Below the pieces are notes generated by a model. The model made no database searches. It was not told where the DNA came from and was given only the letters and a program-made list of their open reading frames with translations. From Salinispira sp. (GTDB lineage: Bacteria > Spirochaetota > Spirochaetia > DSM-27196 > Salinispiraceae), in assembly GCA_965226555.1 (NCBI GenBank), contig CBDDDG010000014.1, positions 1 through 64,000 of the forward strand: a stretch of 64,000 nucleotides of DNA, in the 5' to 3' direction. The position numbers and the translations under genes are program-made. Below, in pieces: positions 1 through 10,500 of this stretch (within the stretch, counting starts at the first letter, position 1; the number at the start of each line of letters is the position of its first letter).

Positions 1-887
1 ATCTCGAGAGTCTTGTCCAGACCAAGAATCGGAATCACAACAAAATCATTGGAACGCAGGTGCAAAAGCAGTTGAAGGCGGAAGTTGGCGGGAAGTACAG
101 CCTGCCGACGATTATCAAGACGCTAAAGCAGATAGGGGCGCAGAAAACAAAGAAGCCGAAGGCGCGGCCCAAGAGAGATTTGCGGGAGGTAACCGACAGG
201 ATGAAGTTCGGCGAGTGCATTCAGATTGATATCAAGTATCTGACGGACATTCCCGCTATGCGGTTTTCTCAGAAGTGTTTAGACGTTCCGAAGTACCAGA
301 TAACTGCCCGGGATCGGGCGACAGGGGCTCTGTGGTACGCCTTTGCCAATGAGAAGAGCAGTATGGTAACAACCTTGTTCGCCGAGTACCTGCTGGAGCA
401 CCTGCGGAATCATGACGGAGACCTTGCCAAGGACATAACGGTTCAGACCGATAACGGGGCAGAGTTCACCGTTCGACATCTGAGCAAAACCCGAACATCG
501 GGGTTTGAGCAGGCGCTCATACAGGCGGGTGTCGAGTATCGGCGTATTCCGCCCGGGCATTGCACATGGAACAGTTCTGTCGAGTCCTCGCACCGGCTCA
601 TTGAGGATGAGTTCTACAGTCAGGTGATGAATCCAAAGCTCAATGAGTTTCTTAAGGAAGCCGAGGAGTATCAGATAGATTTCAATTACCGGCGGTTCAA
701 CACCTACCGAAAAGGGACTCCGCTGGATCTTTTGAGGCAACGGAATACCAATGTGGATAGTGATATTCTCCGGCTCAAGCCGATCATAATGGAGCAACGG
801 CTCACACGGCCGACGCTTGAGCGATGGAGGGCTTGGCACTCGGAAGAAATGATCGCATAATAGGTCAAAGTGGGGTCTGTTCAAACC
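1..887 (+). mobile_element. IS element (IS481/IS3-like DDE integrase-core transposase), 5' end outside window
   Basis: ORF 60-860 has DDE motifs IQIDIKYL, VQTDNGAEF and NSSVESSHR. It is GC-rich and switches abruptly to AT-rich DNA near 887; the exact right end is approximate. Confidence 0.85.
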
Positions 888-1357
888 TTAATATCCCAGT
901 GTATTTTTTTCAGGGAATTGATATATTTCAGAAACATGCTATAATGGATAATCCCAAGATTGAAGCTAAAAGGTGGGTAGTAAACGTTAAGAACGAAAAA
1001 TACTGGGCAATATTTAAGGCAGAAATAGAAACAGATTTTTATTTTGATTTGATAGAAAATGTGAAACATAAACGGATATTTTCAAAACTACGAGATTCTA
1101 TTTTAGAACAATATGAAAAAGAGAAAAAATCAGTAGGGTGGATTCCCCTAGAGTTTTCTGATAAGATTGTATATAATCATATATACAAGACAATGAAGAG
1201 GAACAATAAGAAACTGGATCTAATTCGGGCAATAGTAACTGCCGATAAATATAAAGGATACCATTCATATACCGTGCTTCGATTACAGGCGCAGGTTTGT
1301 GTAAAGAATATAAATTGCATAAAGCAGAATTCAGTAATAGCTTTGGGAGGCACGTAA
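888..1357 (+). pseudogene. 5'-truncated ADP-ribosyltransferase-like toxin (CmdT-like)
   Basis: Frame reads VYFF..EAKRW..DLI..DLIRA..QAQVCVKNINCI. The expected N-terminal HG-T/WLGxG motifs are absent and the IS lies in their place. Confidence 0.55.
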
Positions 1358-1671
1358 TGGATTATGGAACAGAATTATTGGAATTGGCTCTAAAAGAGTT
1401 TAATCAGCTAACATCAGAAGAATTTTCTCAGTTATGCGCAGAATCCTTAGATAATGAAGAATCTGACACTCGCATTTACATTCCGCCTGATTTTGATCAA
1501 ATTGTCCCAGAAGAATTTTCTCAGTTATACAGCCATACACCAGTTGATATTCTACTTGTTGAAAACAAGAACCATGATGTTAAAATTGGTAGTGCAGTAG
1601 TTGGTAAATATATAAATAAAGGTTCAGTGACATCAGGGGCGAAGAGTAAAACATACGCTATGGCAGCATAA
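1357..1671 (+). CDS. putative antitoxin with low-complexity tail ending KTYAMAA
   Basis: ATG overlaps the upstream TAA (TAATG). Acidic N-terminus; lies between the toxin-like gene and the SecB-like gene. Confidence 0.55.
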   Translation: MDYGTELLELALKEFNQLTSEEFSQLCAESLDNEESDTRIYIPPDFDQIVPEEFSQLYSHTPVDILLVENKNHDVKIGSAVVGKYINKGSVTSGAKSKTYAMAA

Positions 1672-1674
1672 ATT

Positions 1675-2067
1675 ATGAAAAAGAGTGATTTTCAATTTTT
1701 AGGATATAAAATTACCAACATCACGTATGAAGCGAATACGAGCTTTGGACAAGCAGAAGAGAAACTTGAACATAGTGTTAATATAGAAAATAACTTTGAT
1801 TCAGAGCAACCGCGTGCTGTAGAAGTGGTTTTGAATATTACGGTTAAGGCTGAATCAGGAAACATGAGTTTTTACTTGCAGCTACGAGGCGCATTTTTAG
1901 GAAATGACGCTATGTCTCAGAAAATTTTTGAAACGTTTGCAAAACAAAACGGCCCGGCAATCCTTTACCCTTTTGCGAGAAGTCTTATAGTCAGCTACAC
2001 TTCGCAGGCAAATATACAACCAATTATGTTACCCGTTATGAATTTTGTTATGGACAAACCAACGTAA
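1675..2067 (+). CDS. SecB-like chaperone
   Basis: 130 aa with the SecB-family motif QNGPAILYPFARSLIVSYTSQANIQPIMLPVMNF. Confidence 0.85.
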   Translation: MKKSDFQFLGYKITNITYEANTSFGQAEEKLEHSVNIENNFDSEQPRAVEVVLNITVKAESGNMSFYLQLRGAFLGNDAMSQKIFETFAKQNGPAILYPFARSLIVSYTSQANIQPIMLPVMNFVMDKPT

Positions 2068-2179
2068 TTCTTGACAGAGTTCCCCAACATTTTTTTGAAC
2101 TGTGAGAAACTTTTCCAATGCAAAAGTTTCTGTGATACACATTCATAAATCCGCAGATAAGAGAAAACACCGCCGTTGC

Positions 2180-2537
2180 CATCCGCGCACAGCCCCTTGA
2201 ACTCATTGAAGGAACAGACCCACACACCATCCCGCAGCCCAATACGCTCCATATCGGCCGGCATTGCCTCTGTCACCAACACCCCAATATCCGCATTTTT
2301 ATCTCGAATATCTGTTTTGAACTTCTCAATCCATGCGGGCTGGAAACTCTTCGTGCGCTTGCTCTCGTAATAAATTGTCCCGCAATTCCGGCGATGGTGC
2401 GTATGAACCGTTTGCAGACAGTCAGCGCCCCGCTCGCCCTTCTTAATCTCTTCATCAAGCTGATGATACAGAATCTCATTTACATCAATGTCCTTACCAC
2501 AGTTGGGACAGCGTATCTTGTTCGTCTCATTATTCAT
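2180..2537 (-). pseudogene. DUF2130-family remnant, internally deleted
   Basis: N-terminal CPNCG..QLDEEIKK is fused directly to GADCLQ..YYESKRTK..WIEKFK; the coiled-coil and C-terminus are missing. Confidence 0.7.
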
Positions 2538-2668
2538 CTTTCATCCATGCCCCTTCATCACAATGCAGAATTATTGTACAAACTTTTGCAAAATGCAAAA
2601 CTTTCTTGTATTATACACAGAAATATAACAAAGTTTTGACTGAATGTTCCAACAGGCGGGAAGGAAAC

Positions 2669-3520
2669 ATGGCAATAGAAAAAGTCCTTATTATTGCGAA
2701 TCCTCAGAAGGCTGAAGCAGAAGATCTGGCGAAGGAAATGCAGATGTTTCTGCGCGGGAGAAATGTGCATGCCGATATTTCTGAATTTTCCACCCAGTTT
2801 TCCAGTTATGGAAATTTGGATATACACTCCGATTATAATTTAGTAATAACTCTCGGAGGAGACGGGACGGTGCTCTCTGCAGCGAGAAAGGTCGCGCCGA
2901 CACCAATTTTTCCCATTAATCTTGGAAATGTCGGTTTCATGACAGAGGTTAAAAAAGAAGCTTGGCAGTCGGATCTGGAGCACATTCTCGCAGGAGAAAT
3001 ACGGACAGTTGAACGCCACATGCTTTCATTTTCTCTTATACGGAACGGCAGAATTAATAGGACAGGAGATGCGCTCAATGATGTTGTCGTTTCAGCATCG
3101 GGAATTTCCAAATTGTTAAATCTCACTGTTCACATTGATGATGTTGAGCGTATTGAATATCGGGCGGATGGTATTATTTTCAGCACATCAACGGGGTCTA
3201 CCGCGTACTCAGCGGCCGCCGGCGGGCCAATTCTTCACCCAGACCTAGCCGCAATCATTCTGAACCCCATATGCCCCTTCACGCTCTCGCATCGTCCTCT
3301 TGTGCTTCCGGCATCGGCAAAACTGCGCGTGGAAATACAGTCCTGGCAGCGAACCGATCTCATGCTCTCGGTAGATGGTCAGGAAAGTTATGAACTGCTC
3401 CCCGGCGATGAATTGGGCATTAGCAGTTCCGAAACATCTGCGAAAATGCTATACTCACGGAATCGGAACTTCTACGAAGTTCTTCGCAGCAAGTTAAATT
3501 GGGCTGGCGGCTCCGAGTGA
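2669..3520 (+). CDS. nadK: NAD kinase
   Basis: GGDGT, LNDVV and STGSTAYS motifs; SD before ATG 2669; adjacent to recN. Confidence 0.95.
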   Translation: MAIEKVLIIANPQKAEAEDLAKEMQMFLRGRNVHADISEFSTQFSSYGNLDIHSDYNLVITLGGDGTVLSAARKVAPTPIFPINLGNVGFMTEVKKEAWQSDLEHILAGEIRTVERHMLSFSLIRNGRINRTGDALNDVVVSASGISKLLNLTVHIDDVERIEYRADGIIFSTSTGSTAYSAAAGGPILHPDLAAIILNPICPFTLSHRPLVLPASAKLRVEIQSWQRTDLMLSVDGQESYELLPGDELGISSSETSAKMLYSRNRNFYEVLRSKLNWAGGSE

Positions 3521-3528
3521 ACAATGCC

Positions 3529-5310
3529 ATGATTGAAGAATTATATATTGAAAATTATGCACTCATTGAAAAACTCACCCTCCGTTTTTCGCCAGGGATG
3601 AACACCCTCACCGGTGAAACCGGAGCGGGAAAGAGCATACTTGCCGGCGCCCTGAGCCTCCTTCTGGGAATGACGGCAAGCACCTCATCCGTACGGAAAG
3701 GCGCACAGCAGGCTGTTGTGACCGCCGCATTCCTGCTCCCACCCGCCGCTGCGAGCCCACCAGCGAGCGCTGCCGCGGGCACTGGCATCAGCCCAAACCC
3801 ACCCGACGCTGCGAGCCCAAGCCCAAACCCACCTGCGAGCGAGGGCAGGAGCTGGCTTGAGGCGCACGACATTGAAATTGAAGATGATCGGGTCATCATT
3901 CGCCGTATTGTCAAGAGTAGCGGTAAGGGGAGCGCCTACATTCAGGGCATACCGGTCAGCCGGCAGCAGTTGCTCACCTTTACCTCGTTGCTTGTCGATA
4001 TGCATGGACAGCATGAGCACCAAAGCCTTTTCAACATTCAGTATCACAGACGCTTTATCGATGCCTTCGGCAATACCCGGGAACTCTGTCAGAAAGTGCA
4101 TCGGGAATTTCTCTATCTCAGTGAAAAAAAAGAAGAACTCGCATCTCTCAAAAAGGAGCGGCAGACTCGGGAACGCGAAGCTGAACTTCTCCGTTTTGCC
4201 ATAAAAGAAATTAATGAATTTGATCTGCAACTTACTGAGGATGATGAACTCAATAAGGAACAGCAGAAGCTGCGACAATATGAAACCCTTTTTTCTCACA
4301 TCGATACTGCCTATTCCGAACTTCGGAACAGCGGTCCTGCCCTCAGTGCTGTGTATAACAGTATGAATGCGATGAAAGCTGCCGCCGCCATCGATCCCGA
4401 CCGGAGGGAAAACGCGGAACGCCTCGAATCGCTCTATTATGAACTGGAAGATATTTCTTCGCAACTCAGTATGTATAAGAGTGGTTTGAGTTTTGAGCCT
4501 GATCGCCTGCGGTTCATAGATGATCGCCTTGCGGATATATCCCGTTTGAAAAAAAAGTATGGACCCGGCATTGCCGATGTGCGCGAGTATGCGGAGGAAG
4601 CTGTGCGGAAACTTGAGCGGCTTACCCATGCCGAGGATTACACACATGAGTTACTTCAGGAGATAAAGACGGCAGAGAAAACCCTCATGGAACATGCTGT
4701 TCATCTCTCGCAGAAACGAAAAGCCGCAGCCGCCATTCTGGAAGAGAAAATACAAAGAATTCTGCCTGCGCTCGGGATGCCCCGAGCGGTATTCAAGGTG
4801 CGTATTGCTCAGCGGTTTTCTGCGCAAAAAGTTCCGGTCTGTAGTTCTTCAGGCATAGATCGAATTGAATTTCTCCTCTCTGCAAATAAGGGAGAATCTC
4901 TGAAAGCGCTTAAGGACATTGCTTCAGGCGGAGAAATTAGCCGGGTTATGCTGGCAATTAAAAACATTCTTGCCGAGAGCGATGCCATTCCCACCCTTGT
5001 TTTCGATGAAATTGACGCCGGTATCGGCGGGGAGGTCGGAAGGGCGCTTGGTGAACATTTAAAGAAACTCTCGAAGCACAAGCAGATTCTCTGCATAACA
5101 CACCTCGCAACTATTGCAGCCTATGCCGATACGCATATTCTGGTGAGTAAAAGCGAAATTGGCGAGAGAACAATTACTGAAACACAGGAAATTCACGATC
5201 AGGCTCGTGTAAGCGAAATTGCGCGGATGCTCTCAGGAACCGCTGACGCTGATGTGAGCCTGCGGCATGCCGGAAAATTGCTTGAAGACAGCTCCGGAAT
5301 GAGCGGATAA
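3529..5310 (+). CDS. recN: DNA repair protein RecN
   Basis: GETGAGKS, SGGE, FDEID and CITH motifs; contains a Pro/Ala/Ser-rich insertion at about 3740-3845. Confidence 0.95.
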   Translation: MIEELYIENYALIEKLTLRFSPGMNTLTGETGAGKSILAGALSLLLGMTASTSSVRKGAQQAVVTAAFLLPPAAASPPASAAAGTGISPNPPDAASPSPNPPASEGRSWLEAHDIEIEDDRVIIRRIVKSSGKGSAYIQGIPVSRQQLLTFTSLLVDMHGQHEHQSLFNIQYHRRFIDAFGNTRELCQKVHREFLYLSEKKEELASLKKERQTREREAELLRFAIKEINEFDLQLTEDDELNKEQQKLRQYETLFSHIDTAYSELRNSGPALSAVYNSMNAMKAAAAIDPDRRENAERLESLYYELEDISSQLSMYKSGLSFEPDRLRFIDDRLADISRLKKKYGPGIADVREYAEEAVRKLERLTHAEDYTHELLQEIKTAEKTLMEHAVHLSQKRKAAAAILEEKIQRILPALGMPRAVFKVRIAQRFSAQKVPVCSSSGIDRIEFLLSANKGESLKALKDIASGGEISRVMLAIKNILAESDAIPTLVFDEIDAGIGGEVGRALGEHLKKLSKHKQILCITHLATIAAYADTHILVSKSEIGERTITETQEIHDQARVSEIARMLSGTADADVSLRHAGKLLEDSSGMSG

Positions 5311-5351
5311 TCTGCGGGAAAAAATTTCTGCTATGTAATTTTTATTATGTA

Positions 5352-5449
5352 GAAACTTTTGCATAAAGCAAAAGTTTCAGATCGAGGATGCTTTCTTTTG
5401 CTTAGCATTCTCCAATTTTATAGAAAGTTTTGCATTTTGCAAAACTTTC
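5352..5449. repeat. double-hairpin dispersed repeat (REP/MITE-like)
   Basis: GAAACTTTTGC-N5-GCAAAAGTTTC, a 44 bp spacer, then GAAAGTTTTGC-N5-GCAAAACTTTC. Related copies at 46288-46440 and 49045-49168. Confidence 0.8.
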
Positions 5450-5484
5450 ATGTATTGTAAACTATACTTCTGGGTGAGGGTGCA

Positions 5485-6666
5485 ATGCGTTTTCCAGACG
5501 AGAGTTTAAATATATATTTGGATAATAATGCAACAACAAAATTACTCCCTGAGGTTCGTACTCGAATTATGGAAATAATTTCAGAATCGTACGGAAATCC
5601 TTCGAGTCCGCATTCCTATGCTAATTTTTCAAGGAAGATAATTGAAGATTCCCGTAATCAGATTGCTGAAATTCTTAATTCTGATTCACGAAAAATTTTA
5701 TTCACATCTGGCGCAACTGAATCAAATCGTTCAGTATTTTATCAACTTACGCGAGCCCCCGCACATCAAAAGGCTATTATTACCACACCCTCCGAACATG
5801 CATCGGTGAAATTTAATAGTCAGCTACTTAGCACTCAGGGATTTAAGGTAATCGAATTATCAATCAATAATAACGGGGTAATAAATATTTCTGAATTGCG
5901 GAAAATCTTTGAAACAGAGGATGTTGCTTTAGTTTCTGTAGGTTGGGCGAGTAATGAAACCGGAGTCATTCAGCCTGTCAATAAGATTGGGGAGCTTTGT
6001 TCTCAATATAATGCCTATTTTCATTGTGATGCTTCTCAGTATATCGGGCGAGGAACAATTGATCTGAAGAAGGTAAAAATTGACTTTCTTTCCTTTACCG
6101 GACATAAGCTTCACGCTCCGCAGGGAATTGGGGTTCTGTATATCAGGAGTCCTGAGAGATTTATTCCATTGTTTGGTGGCGGAGAGCAGGAATATAGGAT
6201 GAGAGCTGGTACTGAGAATATTATTGGAATTGCGGCCATTGGAAAAGCCATTGAGATAAGGAGGAAGAAATTGAGGGAATCTATTGATTATCTGAGAAAA
6301 TTGCAGAGCTATTTTGAAGGTCGAATGAAAAGCCTTATATCCGATCTTTGTGTGAATGGTGAATCAACGAACAGAACCCCTAATACTTCAAGCATAACCT
6401 TTGAAAAAATTGATGGGAGAGCTTTAATGGGGCAGTTGGATATGGTTGGTATTTATTGTTCTCAAACGTCTGCTTGTACGAGTATGATTCCCGAACCCTC
6501 TGAAACTCTATTAGCAATGGGGTTAACGGTTGATGAGGCCTTTGCCTCTATAAGATTTAGTTTTGCGGTTGATAATACCCGGAAAGAAATTGAAATAGCG
6601 GTTGGTGTGATTGCGGATAAAGTTAAGAACATAAGAAAATTTTACGATTTACGGAAGGCAGTATGA
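5485..6666 (+). CDS. sspA: cysteine desulfurase (IscS/DndA/SspA type)
   Basis: YLDNNATT, GNPSS, TGHK (PLP lysine) and SAC motifs; overlaps the next gene (ATGA). Confidence 0.9.
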   Translation: MRFPDESLNIYLDNNATTKLLPEVRTRIMEIISESYGNPSSPHSYANFSRKIIEDSRNQIAEILNSDSRKILFTSGATESNRSVFYQLTRAPAHQKAIITTPSEHASVKFNSQLLSTQGFKVIELSINNNGVINISELRKIFETEDVALVSVGWASNETGVIQPVNKIGELCSQYNAYFHCDASQYIGRGTIDLKKVKIDFLSFTGHKLHAPQGIGVLYIRSPERFIPLFGGGEQEYRMRAGTENIIGIAAIGKAIEIRRKKLRESIDYLRKLQSYFEGRMKSLISDLCVNGESTNRTPNTSSITFEKIDGRALMGQLDMVGIYCSQTSACTSMIPEPSETLLAMGLTVDEAFASIRFSFAVDNTRKEIEIAVGVIADKVKNIRKFYDLRKAV

Positions 6667-7571
6667 GGTTTGGTGGTCATCAGACTTTTGCCATTCGCGA
6701 TGGATGGCTCTATAAGGGGCTGGAATTGCTATCAGAGAAAGATGAAGCATATAAATTAACACATGAATTTGCAATGGATTATCTCGGAGTCGGTCGAAAC
6801 ATGGCAAAATCGATCAATCATTGGTTATTGGCCACAAGGTTAGCGGAGAGAACCGAAGTAAAACATAATAACGGTGAGAATGAGATTACAACGAGGGAAC
6901 TGAAAATCTCTGAGTTAGGGAAGCTTATTTGGGAACATGATCCGTATTTTATGAACATCAATACATGGTGGATCATTCATATAAATCTTGTTAATAATCC
7001 TGAATACACTGCGTCATGGCATTGGTTCTTTAATAAGTTTTTATCTGATCGGTTCCAGAAAGAAACTTGCTACATTGCGCTCGAACGTCATGAAAAAATC
7101 AATAGCGCGCGTGTACCATCCCGTACTACCTTAGAGAGAGACATTAGTTGTTTATTGTCGACATATTCTGAGAACATTCCGTCAAAACGAAATGATCCTG
7201 AAGATGAAATAGAATGTCCCTTAGTTGAATTAGGATTGATGAAATGTTTTCGAAATTCCGGTTTTTTCGAAATAAATCGCAGTCTAAAAAATATTCCATT
7301 GGAAATTTTCTTGTATGCTCTGAGTTGCGCTCATAAGGAAATAGAGAATAGTGAATATTCTACTATCTCATTTTTTCCAATGATTAATCTTGATAATAGT
7401 CCGAGCAAAATTTTTCTGCTATCTAATGAAGGAATATTTGAACTGATAATGAAGCTATCTGAGGAGGGTGATGATGTCAGCTTATTCGGAGCAGCCGGAG
7501 AGAGGTTGCTGCGCTACAGGAATGAGGAACCATACCATTGGGCCGAAAAATATTATTCAAGAGTAGAGTGA
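6663..7571 (+). CDS. sspB: DUF4007 protein, SspB-like
   Basis: FGGHQTFAIRDGWLYKG, LGVGRNM, HDPY and PLVELGL are DUF4007 signature motifs. Confidence 0.85.
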   Translation: MRFGGHQTFAIRDGWLYKGLELLSEKDEAYKLTHEFAMDYLGVGRNMAKSINHWLLATRLAERTEVKHNNGENEITTRELKISELGKLIWEHDPYFMNINTWWIIHINLVNNPEYTASWHWFFNKFLSDRFQKETCYIALERHEKINSARVPSRTTLERDISCLLSTYSENIPSKRNDPEDEIECPLVELGLMKCFRNSGFFEINRSLKNIPLEIFLYALSCAHKEIENSEYSTISFFPMINLDNSPSKIFLLSNEGIFELIMKLSEEGDDVSLFGAAGERLLRYRNEEPYHWAEKYYSRVE

Positions 7572-7583
7572 GTACGATGCTAT

Positions 7584-10500
7584 ATGATAGCTCAAAAAAT
7601 AGATTATAGTATTCAATCAATTTTACGATCCATCAATATTCTTTATGACGCAGAGTATGTAGAACGTATAGCTCATTTCCAGCCGACAAGCAAGGCAGTT
7701 ATTTTGCTGGAGTCGTTACTTGCATTGAAAAAAGAGCGGGCTTTTTTCATTTCAGCTCCTTATGGTTCAGGCAAGTCTATAACGAGTACATATATACTCC
7801 ACGCGATAGAAAATCGGCCTCAATCAAAAACAATTTTGTCGGAACTCAATACTCGGGTAATGAATATCGCTCCGAGGGTAGGGGAATTTCTGAAAAATAG
7901 GGAGAATGGCAACGATAAAGGTATTGTCATTGCTCTCCGGGGATATCAGGAAAACTTGGCGCAGTCAATTAGGGAATCCTTACAGGATTCTTTTACCCGA
8001 CATGGTTATGAGGATCGCATTGTACATCAGTTCGAGTCTCTTAATTTCGATGCTCTTGTTTCCCGCCTTCCCCTGTTGAATGAATATGTGAAAGATTTTC
8101 CTGTTGATCGGATTTCATTTATTTGGGATGAATTTGGACGACACATTGAAGGCCTTATTGAAAGCGGCCAACCTTCGAGATTAAATGAACTGCAAACATT
8201 GGCGGAATGTGCCAGCAGGTCTGCTTCAATCTCCATTACAATAGCCCCGCTCCTCCATCAGAATTTAATAAATTACGCGGGTAAAACCCCACAATCGGTG
8301 AAGCAGGAGTGGAGAAAGATCGGAGGACGTTTTGAAACAATTCAGTACATTGATGATTCAAAAGAGATTTACACACTCATTGCCAACGTAATTAATAATT
8401 TGGCACAAACCGAAAAATCTAATGTTAATTTTCAGCAAGTAATATCAGTTTTTCATCAAAACAAGATAATGAATGATTTTTCTTCAGGGGAGCTGTTTGA
8501 GATTTTTTCAAAAAGCGCTCCGTTAACTCCGGCTGCTCTATTCATTCTCCCAAAACTTTCATCGCGAATTGCCCAGAACGAAAGAACTCTATTTACATTC
8601 CTCAATGCGGTAAATTTTTCAGAAAGTATTCATGGAGGAATACTTTACGATTATTTTGCTCAAAATATGAGTCAGGATACAACGGTTGGGGGAGTTTTCC
8701 ACCAGTGGTCAGTAACAGAAAGCGCGTTGAGTAAGGCAGAAAATGAACTTGAAATTGAAATTCTAAAAACCTTGAGTTTGTTAAACATTGCCATGGCGAT
8801 AAGTAAAGGGAGAGTGTCAAAAGATTTATTACGAATCACCGTTTTACGTTCGAATATAAACAAAAAACAAGTTGATGATGCAATTGAATCATTGTTGAAG
8901 CGTAAATTGCTCCTTCATCGAAAAAATACTGATTCCGTAACAATTTGGCATGGAACTGAAGTCGATTTATTTTCACGGTTACAGGAAGAGAAGGAGCGGC
9001 TTTCAGGATCATTTGATGTAATTGAGTTCATAGAAACACACTTTGAACCTGTTCACTGGAAGCCAGTTGAGTATAACAGTAAATTTAGAATTCACCGCTA
9101 TTTTCGTAGTGAGTATATTGGCTATGAGCGCTTGCGTGAACTAAGATCTGAAGGCATAGATAATATGTTTTCGGAGACAAAAGATGATGGACGAATATTT
9201 TTTTATCTTCCCGCTTCAGATGATGAACTGAAAAAAGGTCGAAAATTAATTCTTGAGAACGGAGGTAACAAACGAGTACTGTGGGCACTTCCGAGAAAAA
9301 AACTCGAACTGCATGAAATCGCATTAGAAGTTGCCGCCTATTTATTGATGTTAGAGGATACTGCATTAATCGAATCGGATCCATACCTGAAAACAGAAAT
9401 GCATCATTTACTTGATGATGCTATGGAATATCTTCAAAAATTGGTTGAAATTGTTACCGTTCCATCTTTGCGAGGTCCAATTTTTCTCCATGAAGGTAAG
9501 ACAATTGAGCAACGTTCGCCTAGGGAACTGAGGCAGTATTTATCAACAATTATGAAAGATGTTTTCTCAGATACACCAAGACTTAATAACGAAATGATCG
9601 TCAGACAACACCTTCGTCCAGCGCTCGTTAATGGAAGAAAGAAATTTCTTTTTGCCGTTCTCGAAAGTACCGGAGCAGAGAGATTAAATCTTGAGGGATA
9701 TACTCCTGATGTATCGATTTTTAGATCACTTTTATTAAATTCGGGCTTATATCGGCAGAGATATAACGAAAAAACACGTCTGAATTGGGGATTTGCGCTT
9801 CCTGAAGAGCTTGAGGATGGGGGATTAGCCAAGATATGGAAAAAATTTCAAGATTTTTTCACTGATCCGGGAGAAAATAAGTCATTTTTCAAATTTTTTG
9901 AAGAACTAAAAGCACCCCCGTATGGACTTCGCAAGGGTGTTGTTCCTGTTTTTCTTGCCAGTGCCCTTCGCTCATTTCCCAGTGTTTTATCGATAACGCA
10001 TCTTAAAAAGGGATATCTGGAGGATATTCTTCCAAGCCATTTGGAGGATATTTGTGAGCACCCGGAAGAATATCGGGTTTCGGTAAAAATACTAAGCGAT
10101 GAACGAGTAGAACTCTTGCGGAGAATTGATAAATTGTTTGATCCAGAAGAGAAAATTAGTGTTCATGAAAAAGATATTATCAGGAAATCGTACGATGCCA
10201 TTGAAATGTGGAAAAGCAAGCTCCCTGAAGCGGCGCTCACATCGCGCCGCATATCCACCGAAGCGCGAATATTTCAGGAGACCATACGGACGATAAAAAA
10301 TCCATGGGATACCTTTTTTACAACGATTCCATCCAAATACAATAGTTCAGACATAAATTATTTGTTTGCGCTTATTGAAAAATCGAAAGCAGAACTGGAA
10401 GATGTTACAACTGCCTATTATGAAATGGCGCGAAAAAGTATTCTCAGCGCATTGCAAATGCCTTCATATTCAAATAATCAGATGTCTGAAGCTATTTCCC

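Noticed and set aside
3685..4647. 320 aa antisense ORF (and similar ones such as 59299-60177, 28946-29650, 30106-30780)
   Set aside because: Shadow frames of well-supported genes with no recognisable motifs.
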